Positions 12,609 to 27,107 of a stretch of 64,000 nucleotides of DNA are shown here, piece after piece. Made by a program: the position numbers and the translations under genes. The stretch lies in assembly GCF_006345805.1 (NCBI RefSeq), contig NC_042999.1:41292001-41356000 (forward strand). Reading direction: 5' to 3'. The notes under the pieces are model-generated. The model was not told the DNA's origin, did no database searches, and saw only the letters and a program-made list of their open reading frames with translations. The DNA is from Octopus sinensis. Lineage: Eukaryota. Position 1 is the first letter of the stretch. Each line of letters begins with the position of its first letter.

Positions 12609-14109
12609 AGTTACTCTGTATCACCAGGCCGCTCGACGTGTTCCTAGACAGAACACTTTTGTTCACAAGAGTCTAGTCCTTTCCATACCGTGGCTCATGG
12701 GAGTTTATCACGCGACACATTGCTGTCTCATTCGGCAGGCATTATTGACCTCTTTGTCATTTACACGCCGTAGAGACCCAGAGAAGCTCCGGCTTCATGT
12801 TTACGTAAGTCGTAACAGAACTAAGACCATTTTTAGTATTCAATATGATGTTTCTTTCGTTTCCATTTCGGATATTATTAACTTTTATCGACGTTTTATT
12901 TTGCCTTTATGTATCACTTGGTGATTCGAGTTTTATTTCATGATTTTTTTCCCTAGTAACCTAACCTTTTGTCACAGTTTTCTAATTGATTGTTTTTCTG
13001 TCGTAGAAAGACGTATGCATTTATTTTCCTGTAAGTTTCATGTCCCTTTCTCATGCAATAATTCGACAGCAGACAACAGCGTTTACTTTTTTTAAGAAAT
13101 CATTGCATTTCCTTCTTTAACAGCCACTACAAACACACACATACACATTTATATATCACTACAGAGCAGCAAGCATTGCACCAAACATACCCAATTCATT
13201 TTCTGTTAGTAACGACGTATACTTGATTTGACTACAGTTGTTTTTTTTTTTTTTTTTTTTTTTTACTACAGTTGTTAGACAGCTTAGATAATGATTTATT
13301 TGTTATGAAGGCGAGAGTCCGACCTCTTGCAAACAAATACGCTTCTATCTGACTATTTAAACCACATGAGGTTACTTTGTAAGCCGCTGTGTAAACATCA
13401 CCTGTTTCTCATCTTACAAATCCATCTTACATTAAACAGTTTCCGTTGTATAGAAGCCATATTCTTTTGATCCTATCTCTGTCTCACCATCGTCTTCAGT
13501 TTTGCTGCTCTTTTATTCTTTATTTACTTTATTCGTCTCGCAGAATGCAATCTAAACACAGCTGTATTTATAAAGACTTAAAAGTTTTGAACAAAAGGAA
13601 GGACAAATGCATTTCTAATCAAGGAAATTAAATTCGCTTCCATATTAAATGACTTTTTTTAATCTAATACTAAAATTACGAATATTAATTAATGAAAATT
13701 TCTACTGAACTTAATCAGGAAACTGCGCTCTGTTATGGTCTAATTCAATACCACTACAGATAAGAAGGTTATATGATCCGAATACAATGTGAGATCCCAA
13801 CCAATCATTCAGTTTGACAGCAGATATTATCGAGTGGATTTTGTAGTTTAGCATCAATATACCTGGGATTTATAAAATGGTCTTGCTGATGAAATAATTT
13901 ATAATGTATAAAGTGGGGTTTATTAATTTTCTTTAAGAACTACATATTTCTAATTAGAATCTAACGCAGCATATTGAAGATTTCATTAGTGCAAATTCGA
14001 TAATGAATTAGGAAAATGCACTTTTGTTGAAACGAAATTGTGAACATAAAATTAATGTTTGATTTAAATTAAGTATATATAAACAAAATTAAGAAACAAT
14101 GTTCTTTTT

Positions 14110-14510
14110 TGATCGTTTATGTGTTTCAGTCATTTGACTGCGACGACGCTGGAGCACCGTCTTAAAGGGGTTTTAGTCAAATAAATCATCCCTAGGATTT
14201 TTTTTTCTTTCTAAACCTAGTACTTATTCTACCGGTCTCTTTTGTCGGACCGCTAGATTAAGCGTGCTTTAACACGCCAACACCGATTGTCAAGCGGTGG
14301 TGGGAGACAAACACAAACAGAAAAATACACACAGAGACATGTATATAGGACAGATTTCTCTGAGTTTCCGTCTACCAAATCCACTCACAAGGCTTTATTC
14401 GGCCCGAGGCTATAGTAGAAGACATTTGACCAAGTTGCCACGCAGCGGAACTAAACTCGGTACCATGTGGTTGACAATTAGGTTCTTACCACACAGCGAC
14501 GCATGCGCCT
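14110..14510 (-). mobile_element. SINE type A
   Basis: Reverse-complement match from tail (GTTTCAGTCATTTGACTGCG) to head (TTACCACACAGCGACGCATGCGCC). Confidence 0.85.
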
Positions 14511-14731
14511 GGCAACATGCTGTGGATATTATATTGTATTATTTTCAAGATAAATGAAATGGAAAACCTAAAAATGTGTTTTAGTGACCATTTCGTTCAC
14601 TTAACCATTTACCTGTCCTGTGTATGACGCATGATACAGTGGACATATTCCCACGATATCCAGGTATCATATAGGATTCTCATTCGCAAACTTTATCAAC
14701 CACAAGGGTAAATTGAGACTTATGAAAAGAG

Positions 14732-14807
14732 AACTTTATATTCTTCAAAAGGTTAAGCTTGTTAATTAAACTTTATATTCTTCAAAAGAGCTAAGCTTTT
14801 TAATTAA
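14732..14807. repeat. Two-copy ~37-bp tandem duplication
   Basis: AACTTTATATTCTTCAAAAG...TAAGCTT.TTAATTA occurs twice in tandem. Confidence 0.8.
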
Positions 14808-16046
14808 ATGAAATTTTGCTGCAAATGAAAAATAAGTTCATACTAGATGTGAAGATATAGTCTCAATGACCTGTGCTGGTAGGTTTCGTAATCGGTCAAT
14901 ATTCATAAGAAAAAGGACCTTCCTGAAAATAATCACAAGAATTTAATTTCAATTCTTGGCCTTCATAGGAAAGAATCGAATATGTACTACTTTGCTTAGA
15001 TCTTGTTCTGGGAAAGCTTTATACAAAATAAAATCTTGGAAACATTGCAGTCAAATATACGAAATTATTTGATCGCTTTTGTTCCTGTTATATTTAGTGT
15101 GTATTTCGGAATCCGTCTAATTGTTCACAAAATAACATATTTACTCGTAAATGGTCTGTATCCATTCATACCAACATCCTTTCATTTATTTAATTTTTTT
15201 CTTTCCTTTCCACACAGTTTCATTCTTACTTTTTCTGTTAATTGCATTTTCCTCATATTTACATTATTGTTATTTCTGCCTTTCTTTATTCTCCTTCCAT
15301 CCGTGTTCCTGATATACATAAGTACACCGTTTTACGTACACAAGGCGACACGCTTATCACATACATAGCTTATGTGTGGTTTTCCTACACAAATCATCAC
15401 AAACCAGTTTACTTTATACAGTATAAACAGTTGCCAATACCTCGGCATTATATATGATGTTCTTACTACTGCTCTGACTATAAAACTGAATATCCTGTAA
15501 TGACACTCTTACTGAACTGAAATGATTTTGGTTAACTTGTTACAGAACTGAAATGCCCTTTTCTACATTTAACAGTAAAGAACAGATTTGTTCTCCTTTT
15601 GATACTAAAATTTCTCTCTTACATTAGAAAGTTCGTCATTTCCTAGAAAATAAATGTAAGTAAAGTTAGTGCGCTTTTTGACAGGTCGTGCGTTTCAGAG
15701 CTAGTTGACTTGTGTAGTTTCTTGTGATATTCTGTCTTATAAGTTAAGGTTTATCACCAACGTCAGCGTCACTGTAGCAATATAAAAAAAAAATAATAAT
15801 ATCAGCAATACTAGATTAGTTCAGTAATAGTAGCGTTGCTTGTGATAACTGTGAGACAGCTTAGAGTAAGTTATCGAATAAAAAGAACCTAAATTGGCAC
15901 ATATCTCAGAATACTGTCGGCGACGTTGAGCTGATATTCTACACTTGGGATATTATTCTCTAAATTACAGGTTTGGATAAGTTTCATTTAGTGAAAACCC
16001 AGTGTTGCATATGCTGAAAGTTTACTCACTCAGTGACAGAGATGCT

Positions 16047-16121
<75 letters not shown>

Positions 16122-16275
16122 AAAGAGAGAGAGAGCGAGAGAGAGGCGAGGGTGTTCGTAAAGTAGAATAAATACTGCTCGCTACAGAAGAATGACACAA
16201 CGTAAAGAGTTGAAATAAGGTTTCCCTAATGCAACAATCTATCACTGTCGTTCTACTGCGGGTATAACAGGAAAT

Positions 16276-16339
<64 letters not shown>

Positions 16340-16775
16340 GGTATTCAGTTGTCACCATGCTAAGAAAATTACCACTGCTATTTTAACGTATACACACGTT
16401 CTCTCTCTTTTTCGCGCGCACACAAATTCACACACACACTCATATATATGCACAAGCAAGTATAATATATATATGTGTTTGTGAGTCTCTCTCTCTCTTT
16501 ATATATATATACATACACACATATATATATATATGTATATGTATACATACATTTATATATATGTATATATATATGCATATATATACATATGCATATATAT
16601 ATATATACACATAAATATGTATTATTATTATTATTATTACCATTATATATATATGTATATATATATGCATATATATACATATGCATATATATGCATATAT
16701 ATATACACATAAATATGTATTATTATTATTATTATTACCATTATATATATATATATATATAGTCATACATAAACA

Positions 16776-16823
<48 letters not shown>

Positions 16824-16850
16824 TATATATAATATATATATATACATATT
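16047..16850. repeat. Microsatellite cluster: (AG)n, (AGT)n and a TA-rich array with an internal ~95-bp duplication
   Basis: Direct reading. The block ...ACACATAAATATGTATTATTATTATTATTACCATT occurs twice. Confidence 0.9.
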
Positions 16851-17704
16851 GATTATGTATGACTTATTTTTTCTTAAATGAGTTTGATGTAGAAATTGAA
16901 AGGTTGATCAAATGGAAAACGGGAGAGAAAGGTAGAAAATGAAATGCGTGCGTATTGGAAATCCATTGGAAATGAAAATTAATCAATATGTTTTATGGGT
17001 TGATTGTTCCACAGTTAAATATAAGAGACTGAAAATATATAAAAATGAAAGAAAGTAATATTTAGATAAAGGGGAAGAAAGTTTTCATTCCTGTTTTAGG
17101 TGAACCGAGAAAAAAAAAGAGATATTTCAAAAACATTGTAAATATTTAAGAGTTTGAAGGAGGAAAGAGAGAAAAGGTTGAAATGAAAGAAAGAGGAACA
17201 GTGAATAAGTAGAGAAAGGAGAGTAAGAGGCATAGACAGAGGGACAAAGGAATAAAGCATATGCAAGAACGAGAGCTGAAACGGAAAGTGAAATAGTGCG
17301 GGAGTCGGGTATGTACACAAGACAGAAATGGTGAAGTGGAAACGTGAACGTTTTTCGCTATAGAATTGCATGTTAAATGTAAGAAGTGTTTTAAATGCAT
17401 TACCAAACAAAAGCGAGTTTCAAACATCAAATAAAACGGTGATGAGTGAAAGAGAGTGTAGTACGACGGTGTAAATTGGTAATAATAAGAAATATAGAGA
17501 CAGAGAATACAAAAGGAGGGGGTGTGGAGAAGAGGAAGAGGTAGTATTATGCCGGTATTAAGTAAAGGATAATATGGTAAAGGAAAAAAAACAAAATGGA
17601 AGTTATTCTGACATTCATTATGAAAGCCTTGAGAAGGCAGTTTCACAGTGGGAGATGAATAATAGATAAACAGATCTCAATTATATTCATTCCTCTATCT
17701 TGAA

Positions 17705-17717
17705 AGAAATAATAATG

Positions 17718-17756
<39 letters not shown>

Positions 17757-17809
17757 TATGGACATACACACACACATAAACACACACATACACACATATA
17801 TATATATGC

Positions 17810-17851
<42 letters not shown>

Positions 17852-17993
17852 ATGTATATATATATTTACATGTATATATATATGTATGTAGTTGGGGTGT
17901 GTTCTGTTAAGAACGTATGAGTACAAATAGAGTGATTAAAACGCTGCCTAACCGTACTTACTCTTCCTTTTGACTCTTTTACATCTTACTTTT

Positions 17994-18058
<65 letters not shown>

Positions 18059-18110
18059 AATGTACACACACATGTAATGTAATATATACATACATATACA
18101 TATATAATGT
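17705..18110. repeat. (TA)n/(CA)n arrays
   Basis: Direct reading of the sequence. Confidence 0.9.
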
Positions 18111-18219
18111 ACATGTTATTGTAACATAGTTACGTGTCGCCAATTATTGTAGTATCGTCACTATTTATGACGATACTTGTTCTCACTATAACCGTGTAGT
18201 AAAAATAGAATATATAATT

Positions 18220-18371
18220 TAGCAGGGAGCCTTTAGTCGAGCAAATCGACACCTTTAAGCCCAGTACTTATTCTATCGGTCTCTTTTGCCGAACCGCTAA
18301 GTTTCAGGGACATTAAACAGACCAGCATTGGTTGCCAAGCGATATTGGGGGACAAATACAGACGCACACAA

Positions 18372-18375
<4 letters not shown>
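18220..18375 (-). mobile_element. SINE type A, central fragment
   Basis: CCCAGTACTTATTCTATCGGTCTCTTTTGCCGAACCGCTAAG matches the type A body. Confidence 0.85.
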
Positions 18376-18468
<93 letters not shown>

Positions 18469-19269
18469 TATATATATATATATGCAAGCTCAAAAAGGTA
18501 ACAGAATGTCATAATAAACCTTAAAAATATGGGATTTGCTTTGTTGCTCAAAAGTATTGGAATCGCTATATGTTGTACATTCTGTGGCATCTTAAAATGA
18601 AATGAGATTCGTCTGTGAATTACGATATCACAATAATTATTAAACCGACTAAGAAGTATAAAAATTTGAAAATGTACAACATATGATATTTAACTTCGGA
18701 TAAGTAAATTCATTATAATCGAATACCAAAGTATATAAAAAGTCATATTTCACACTGCATGCAAATTACCATAATAATGATAATAATAAAAACTGGATTA
18801 ATGATGAAGTCGAATCTACTTATCAGTGAAAGTACGAAACCGACATAATTATAAGTAAGGATAATTCGCATTATGATACACATATTCATGCACTAGTTAT
18901 GAGAATTAAACAAATTATTGCTAAATTATTTTTGATCGATTGCAAGTAAGTTTATAAAAATTATCATTCATAGATTGAATTATTGCGTAAAGATGACATT
19001 AGTATTTGCACACAATTGTTTTGTTAAAATTGAGTATACGATAATTTAACTTAAATTATTTTTTTGATATAACTTAATTTCGATGAATTAAACAGATTTC
19101 TTGTGATAAAAGGATGCCACGGAATATGCAGTATATAGCGATTCCAATAGCTTTGAGCAACAAAGCTAGTCCCATACAGTTTATTATGACATTCTGTAAC
19201 CCTTTTGAGCGTGAGCGTTTTTAAATTCTAATTTTATTCTTTTTAAGGCAAAGCTTGTAATATCTTATA

Positions 19270-20700
19270 ATATATCTGATATATATATATATATATATAT
19301 ATAGTGTGTGTGTGTGTGTGTATGTACATACATATTTGTGCACATACATGCACATACACGTATATATTACTCGCTTAATCTTTATCTCTCTCTCTCTCTC
19401 TGTATACATATACGTGTGTGCATGCATGTACAGGGTGGGTGAAGGATACGGACGTAGAGAATCTACGGAACGGTTTGCTGAGATAAATTTATAAAATCAA
19501 GAAGATAGCGGATGAAATGACAAAATAGATATGAGTAAAATGAAAGAAAGCAATATCAGCAACAATACTTCGTAATACAGTATGCATACGCACATACATA
19601 CATACATATACGCACACACACATATATATACATATATACATATATACGTACACATATATCTACATATATATACATATATACATATACATACAGATATGTA
19701 CATATATATATAATATATACATACATGCATACACACATATATATATACATACATGCATATATATATATATACATACATAAATATATATACGTATACGCAT
19801 ATGCATAAGTATACACACATAAATATATGGAGAGCACGATGGTGCTATGGTGATATGCACTCATAGGGAAAAATACAATTATTAACTGCACATGGATCAT
19901 AAAAGTTAGATATGTGATAAATACGTATAAATATATTCGTAGAAAAGTGTGCATGATAGTGATACAGGTTGATGAGATACTTTGGGGGACGAAAGCATGA
20001 ATGTAGAGAATAAGGCGTTAAGAAAATATTAAAATTCTGTCGAGAGAGAGAGAGAGAGAGAAAAATGCAAATTCGAAATTCAAAAAAAATATATATAAAG
20101 ACCTAAAAGAAAAACCTAAGCTAAGGAAAACAGAAAGAAACCGTTAATGTATATGGAACCTGATAAATAAAAAGAAAAAAAAAACGAAACATAGACACAC
20201 AAATATGTACGCTAAAAAGCTCCTGCCTCTCCCCATGGAAAAAAAAAACTGCGACCTCTGAAAAAGCCTATGTCACCAAAAAAAATAAAAAATGTATAAA
20301 CATGAATGGCAGCAACCTCAGTTTAGTTTCTAATGGCATCGATAAATTGTCAAACAGAGACCCAGGCTTAATGAATTTCTGTATATTTTTTCCTCTCTCG
20401 CTCTCGCTCTCCCTCTCCCTTCTTCTTACGTATACGCCAACAAATGCGTACAATACGCATGCGTGTGTTTGTATGCATATATATATATATATAATACATG
20501 CACATACATTTATACACGCATATATATGTACACATATACATGTATGTATATATGTATATATATGTATGTATGTATGTATATATGTGTACGTATATATGTA
20601 TGTGTGTATATATATATATATATGTATATATATATGTATGTATATATATATATATATGTATGTGTATATATATATATATGTATATATATATATGTATGTG

Positions 20701-20731
<31 letters not shown>

Positions 20732-21867
20732 GTATGTATATATATATTATATGTATGTATATATGTATATATATGTGTATGTATATATATGTGTATATGT
20801 ATGTATATATATGTGTATGTATATATATTTATATATGTATGTGTATGTATATATATTTATATATGTATGTGTATGTATATATATTTATATATGTATGTAT
20901 ATGCATATATATATATGTATATATATATGTCTGTATGTACATATGTACGTATATATATTTATATGTATACGTATGTATATATTCATTAATGTATGTATAC
21001 ACGCACATTTATACATGTGCGTAGGTGTACGCATATGTATGTATCTGTGTGTGTGCGTGTGTTTGTGTGTGGCTGGTCCATTTACTTCGACATATGGATC
21101 TTTTGATCTGTAAATATTTACTACATATATCCTTGATAAACCATTTGCTGTCTCTCAGATCGTTTCCTGTTTTTATTGAAGGTGAGGTTATATGACAGTC
21201 TCCATGTGTGTTTGCGCCTAGGTGTCTATGTATGTATGTATGTATGTATGTATGTATGTATGTATGTACGTGTGAGTGTGTGTATGCCTGTGTATGTGTA
21301 AGGACTCTGTTAACTATGTGTATGTTGGGGTTCATATGTACAGATCTTTGGTGTATGATATGTATTCCACAGTGTATGACTACGAGTGTCTGCGGACAGA
21401 CTTCCACGAAAGTGATTTAGTACATAAGTTAGAGTGTATGAGTGAATCTATACATCAGTGAGATCGCTTCGGTTGTTCCTGTGTATGCGTTTGTGTGTGG
21501 GTGTATGTATATTTGCGTGCGTGCGTGTTTGTATGTGTGTGCGCGAAGTCCTTGTTTTTAAGCATATGTGTATGTGTGTGTGTGTGTGTGCTGCATATTT
21601 CGGAGTGTAAGTGTGTGATCGTGGGAATATTGTGTACTGAGTGATAAGTGATTTTCTGTTTTGCGTTATTTTTTCTCCGTGCATATGTGTATGTACGTGT
21701 CTATTTTTACCTCTATGTGCTTTCGTTCGGTTATTTGCCTGCGTATGTTTCTATCAGGAAGGAATTTTTTGTTTGTCAGAGCAAGCACTACAGTGATAGG
21801 ACGAATACTGTTGATATAAAAATAAGTATAGTGAAAATGATGGTGCTTGTCTATACATGCATACATG

Positions 21868-21914
<47 letters not shown>

Positions 21915-21976
21915 TTGTGTGTATTTGTGTACCTATATGTATGTATTGCTTGCATATGCATAAATACATACATATA

Positions 21977-22030
<54 letters not shown>

Positions 22031-22036
22031 ACATGC

Positions 22037-22072
<36 letters not shown>

Positions 22073-22167
22073 ATGTATATATGTATAGATATATGTATAT
22101 ACATATTTGAGTGCATATGTATTTATAATCGTATGTATATATCTAAATGTGTTCGATATATATATAT

Positions 22168-22198
<31 letters not shown>

Positions 22199-22230
22199 GT
22201 ATATATATATGTGTATATATATATATATAT

Positions 22231-22281
<51 letters not shown>

Positions 22282-22285
22282 CACG

Positions 22286-22319
<34 letters not shown>

Positions 22320-22320
22320 G
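19270..22320. repeat. Extended low-complexity zone with several (TA)n, (TG)n and (TATG)n arrays
   Basis: Arrays at about 19270-19830, 20450-21070, 21227-21267 and 21860-22320. They explain the I/Y/C/V/M-rich ORFs. Confidence 0.9.
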
Positions 22321-22507
22321 GGGGGTGTATAATCTGTTTGTTTAGATGATATTGATGGCATCAAAGAAAGAGGTTGGTAGATACGTAAAGCAGAAGAGAG
22401 ATAAATAGATAAAATTGGCAAGTGTTATGAAAAGAATGATTCCCGCCCCCCGCAAAAAATACAATATAAGCATATAGTTATTCTGTTCATTACATTTTAT
22501 TTGCCAG

Positions 22508-22579
22508 TTGGTGAACATTTATTGTCCTTGGTTGCATCTTTTCGAGCAAATCAATCACTACATCACACCATCTCTTATG
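22508..22579 (+). CDS. Candidate isolated 72-nt symmetric exon, product unknown
   Basis: Acceptor CATTACATTTTATTTGCCAG, donor ATG|GTGAGT, length divisible by 3. Phase 1 reads xGEHLLSLVASFRANQSLHHTISY and phase 0 is also open. No recognisable domain. Confidence 0.3.
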
Positions 22580-24094
22580 GTGAGTGTGAGAAAGGACCGT
22601 GTGCATCAATATCCTCATGAGCATTGGTTTATCTGTTTTCGCGACCGTGTTTATATCCGCTGCAAATATATATTGGTAAAAGAAACTCACCTAAGACCCC
22701 GCTACACAGACACCAAATATATGCTTATCTACCTCACTCTCTCTCTATATATATATGCATATAATTTGTTTTGGTTCCGGAGTAGTGGTAATGTATGGTC
22801 GATTGGATATAGTACATCTTCATTAATCTTTAATTTTTGGCATTTGTTGAATGGGGTGATTTGATGTTGCTACCCCCATTTTCGCTTCCTGGCCTGAATT
22901 TGACTCATAAGTGACTATTCACAGTAGGAGATCTATTTCTGTTATCTACATCTACTCCGAGAAAATCTCACAAGTTTTTCGGGCCTATATTGAAAAGCTG
23001 TGGTACATTGAATCCCAAGCTATTGTAATATTTGGTCTTGTATTTTGATTGATGTCGAAATGACTGTGGAGCAATATAAAATGAAGGCTTTAGTTCGTGA
23101 ACTCGACAAATCGCTTTGTTCTGCAATAGGAACCGTGTCTTGCGCTCTTGAATGAATCACCCTATCCACCCCGCCATGTGGCTTCACAATTGTATGTGGG
23201 GAGGTATGGACACATGCTAGCAAAGATGCAAAAACAAAAACTGGCGAAGAAAATAGCACTCGAGTGCCAAAGATATTGGATCTATATGATATCATATTTA
23301 TTGCATTTTATCTCTTAATTTGTTAATATGAACTTTCATTCACCATGATATATATTACATGGTTGTATATCGCATATTATATTTTATTGCATTGCTTCCA
23401 TATCCCTCATTTTTTAAAGAACTTTAATCCCTCATTCAAGTAATTCTGTTGGTTAGTTACGCATCGCGATACGAATATTTTCCTGTGCCCTTGAATTTTT
23501 CGAAATTCAATTTTGTCCGTTTTATATCAGTCACCGTTTTTTCCCCTCACCGTTTTTTCTTCTCTTTACTGTTTTCCCCTTGTCTCTTTAATTCTTTGTA
23601 TATCTTATTTTATTATCAATTATAGGGCATCCTAATCGCCCTCCGCTCTGTTTATGGCCAGCTGTAAAGATATATGGTGTCAGTTTTAAATATTTTGTAT
23701 ATTGTAACCTAGATACCATTTCTTCTTTTATTTTTGCCTTTTCATTTTCATTGTCACATCCCTGCATCTTCTTCCTGTTCTTCCTTCACCCCTTTTTCTT
23801 TTCCCTCAACATCTTAGTTTCTATATGTTACTTTTGTTTTCTTCCACTGTTTTAACTTCCCTACCCTTCCTTTCTGGTAAACATATTTATTATTTTTTAA
23901 TTTTTAAGTTTGCATTTTTATCATTTACTTGTTTTTCGTGATAACTCATTTGTTTTATCTTCATAATTCTAATTGTTATTGGTATTTTTTTTTAAATTAC
24001 AGCATTTTACCTTAAATCTTGGCATGAACTTCGTCTTTTTTCCCTTACTATATTCATTATGCTTCTTTCCATGAGTATAGACGAATTATATTCT

Positions 24095-24283
24095 GTTCTA
24101 CACTAGGCACAAGGCCCGAAACTTTTTAGATCGACCCTAGTACGCAGCTGGTTCCTAATTTATCGATGACGAAAGGATGAAAGGCAAAGTTGACCTCGGT
24201 GGAATTTGAACTCAGAACGTAGCGACGGGCAAAACACCGTCAAGCACCTCGTTCAGCGTGCTAAAGATTCTGCCCCCTCACCG

Positions 24284-24289
<6 letters not shown>
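24095..24289 (-). mobile_element. SINE type C, monomeric
   Basis: GAAAGGATGAAAGGCAAAGTTGACCTCGGTGGAATTTGAACTCAGAACGTAGC. Confidence 0.88.
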
Positions 24290-24310
<21 letters not shown>

Positions 24311-24322
<12 letters not shown>

Positions 24323-25235
24323 TATATTCTATTTTATTAACATATTATACGATTAAACGCACGCACCCTACTAAGTAAGATTGTTCTGTTTATCAAGTTA
24401 GCCTTGATATTAACTCTCACGCGACTCTGCATCTTTCTTTCTTTCTCTCCCATTCCCTTTTTCGTCTTTTTTTTTTTTTTTCCCCTCACTTAACTTGTCT
24501 CTTCCTCTCTCTCTCATTCTTCATTCTCTCTCTCCCTTTCACCATTCTTCATGGTCTCCTCGCACCATTCCCCTTCTCTCTCTCTTCCTCTTGCTCCTCC
24601 TCCCCCATTCCCGTCATCCATCTGCGACGATACTTCCGTCGTAACTGCTATCCTGTCTTTTCTCTCCCGCCTTGCAAGGCTTCTGGTTGACAAAATTTCC
24701 CTCTCTGTCTTCCACGATAATCCAGCGTTTACAATACTTTTTTCGTCTGGCGTTAACAGCCCTTCTTATCTTGTTCTCCTTGTCTTGTCTCTCACTGTTA
24801 TATATTTATTCTTCCACTGTTTATATATATATTTTTTACTGTTTATATGTTTGTACTGTCGTTACCGTCTTGCTTTTTTTTACCCCTCTGCGAAAAGATC
24901 TCAGAATTTTAATTGATTTGCTTTTCGCGGGAAGGAATTTTTCTTCGAAGTATACGTCTCGCTTTTATCCTTCGAAACGTTTAGTAGATGAAATCTTAGC
25001 GACTGAAGAAGGGGATTTTTCGTTGTGCTTATTGTCCTGTATCTCTCCCTTTTTTTTTTTTTTTTTTTTTTTGCTTGTCTTGTTCCTTGGTTTGTGTCTA
25101 TGTGTTTCGTCTCTCTATGTGTTCGACGTCTTTTTTGTGTCCTGTACACATATATGCGTGTATATGTACATGTAGAGGTAGGTACGTACATATATGTTTA
25201 TATATATATGCATATATTCTATTTTATTAACATAT
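24311..25235 (+). mobile_element. Putative Penelope-like or non-autonomous retroelement bounded by a 35-nt direct repeat
   Basis: Identical TATATATATGCATATATTCTATTTTATTAACATAT at 24311-24345 and 25201-25235. The interior is a C/T-rich tract, a hammerhead-like motif and a T-rich tail. Confidence 0.5.
24967..25016 (+). ncRNA. Hammerhead-ribozyme-like motif in type II order
   Basis: ATCCTTC-GAA-AC-GT-T-[hairpin 24982-25002]-CTGAAGA-AGGGGAT. All canonical core nucleotides are present, but helices I and II are imperfect. Confidence 0.35.
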
Positions 25236-25891
25236 ATATATATATACATATATATATTTGTGCGTGTATTTGCCTGTATGTATGCGTGCCTGTCTCAAGA
25301 CAGACATAGTGTCTCTATCATTTGTTTTATTTCATTTTTATTTTCCGTTTCTGTTTTAGCTACGCATCATTATCTTTGCTCAGTTTCTCTTCAATTTCTC
25401 GAATTCGCTCATGTTTATGTCATTGTCCCCCTTTTCTGTTAGATAGGCAATCTGTCCCTATGTCAATATTTATCATTTCAACTATTTCACTTCCGCTCCG
25501 TCTCTTTCTTCTGCGCCATCTTTCTCGCCATTTTACTCGCTACAATCGAAGAATCCTTTTTCTCTTCTCCCTTTTTAACCCCTTTCTATATATCTAATAT
25601 GCTATGTTCATATCGTTTTTATTCTTCAAACTATTTCTGCAATTTCACCCTATTTCTTAGACATTATTTTATTATTCTTATCTCTTTTGGGTTGTTTATA
25701 TGCAAGAAAATAAAGTTCCTTCAAATGATATTAGGTTTCTGGTCTGGGGACACGTTTCTTCATAGATTCTGACGGCATTTCTTTGTGTCAAAACAAAAAA
25801 AAGCTTCATTGTTAGAAAAAATATAGTGTGGTATTATTCGTAAAATTTAATCATTTGACTTGCCTGAAAATGTGCTCTTCGTATACATACC

Positions 25892-25927
<36 letters not shown>

Positions 25928-25974
25928 CACACACACACCATACAAACGCACACAATATACATACTTACATACAT

Positions 25975-26370
25975 ACATCGACTATGCGGTAAGAAGTTTG
26001 TTTCTCAACCACATTGTTCCGGGTTTAGTCCCACTGTGAAACCTTGGGCCGGTGTTTTCTACTATAGTTTTGGGCTGAACAAAAGCTTGTGAGTGGATCA
26101 GGTAGTCAGAAACTGAAAGAAGCCAGTCGTGTACACATATGTGTGTGTGTGTGTGCGTCTTTTTGTCTCTGTTTGTCTCCCACCACCGCTTGATAACCGG
26201 TGCGTGTGTGTTTATGTCCCTGTACCTTAACGGTACAGCGAGCTACCGAACGGAGAAGTGCTAGGCTTAAAAATAAAATAAAGTACTGGGGTCGACTCGC
26301 TCGACTAAAAATCCGTTAAGGATGTGCTCCATCATGGCCCTAGTTTAATGACTGAAACAAGAAAATGATA
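25975..26370 (+). mobile_element. SINE type A variant
   Basis: Head GGTAAGAAGTTTGTTTCTCAACCACATTGTTCCGGG and tail AATGACTGAAACAAG. Confidence 0.82.
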
Positions 26371-26977
26371 GATGACACGTAAATACATATACCCATACGC
26401 AGGCAGATATACATTCATACATATACATATATGTGTATTATGTGTCTATGCTTGTGTGTATCTGCGAGTGTCTGTGTGTGTGAATAACACTGAAGACTAC
26501 ATTCACATATATTGCCGAATTTGCCGGTGTACGTAATTGAAACTGTATTATAAGGTAAAAGCCATCTTTGTATTATGCATGACGTATGTAAATACATCGT
26601 TGCTTATATTTTCAACTCGATAAGCTTTCCGCAATATCAGTGATTATATTATTCGAAAGTGATAAGACTACATCTACAAATGTGATGGCAGAATAAACGT
26701 CATAGAAGGGCCCCAACATATAGGGCGAAGCGGGGTTGGCTTTCCTGTGAATTGCTACTGGGGCTGCTTATCTCGTTCCAGTGTGTGTTGTGTTTCTAGC
26801 ACCTTCTATATGTTTTTCTTAGACAAAAACTACAGCACCATCCGTATGTTTTGTATGATAATTATTTTGAGCATTGAATGCAAATTTAGTTTTATGCTGC
26901 TTCAGTTAAGTACACTGAATATGTGTGTGCGTGTATGAATGTGCGTACACATATGCACACACACACACACACACAGA

Positions 26978-27089
<112 letters not shown>

Positions 27090-27107
27090 ATATATATCTG
27101 TATATAT

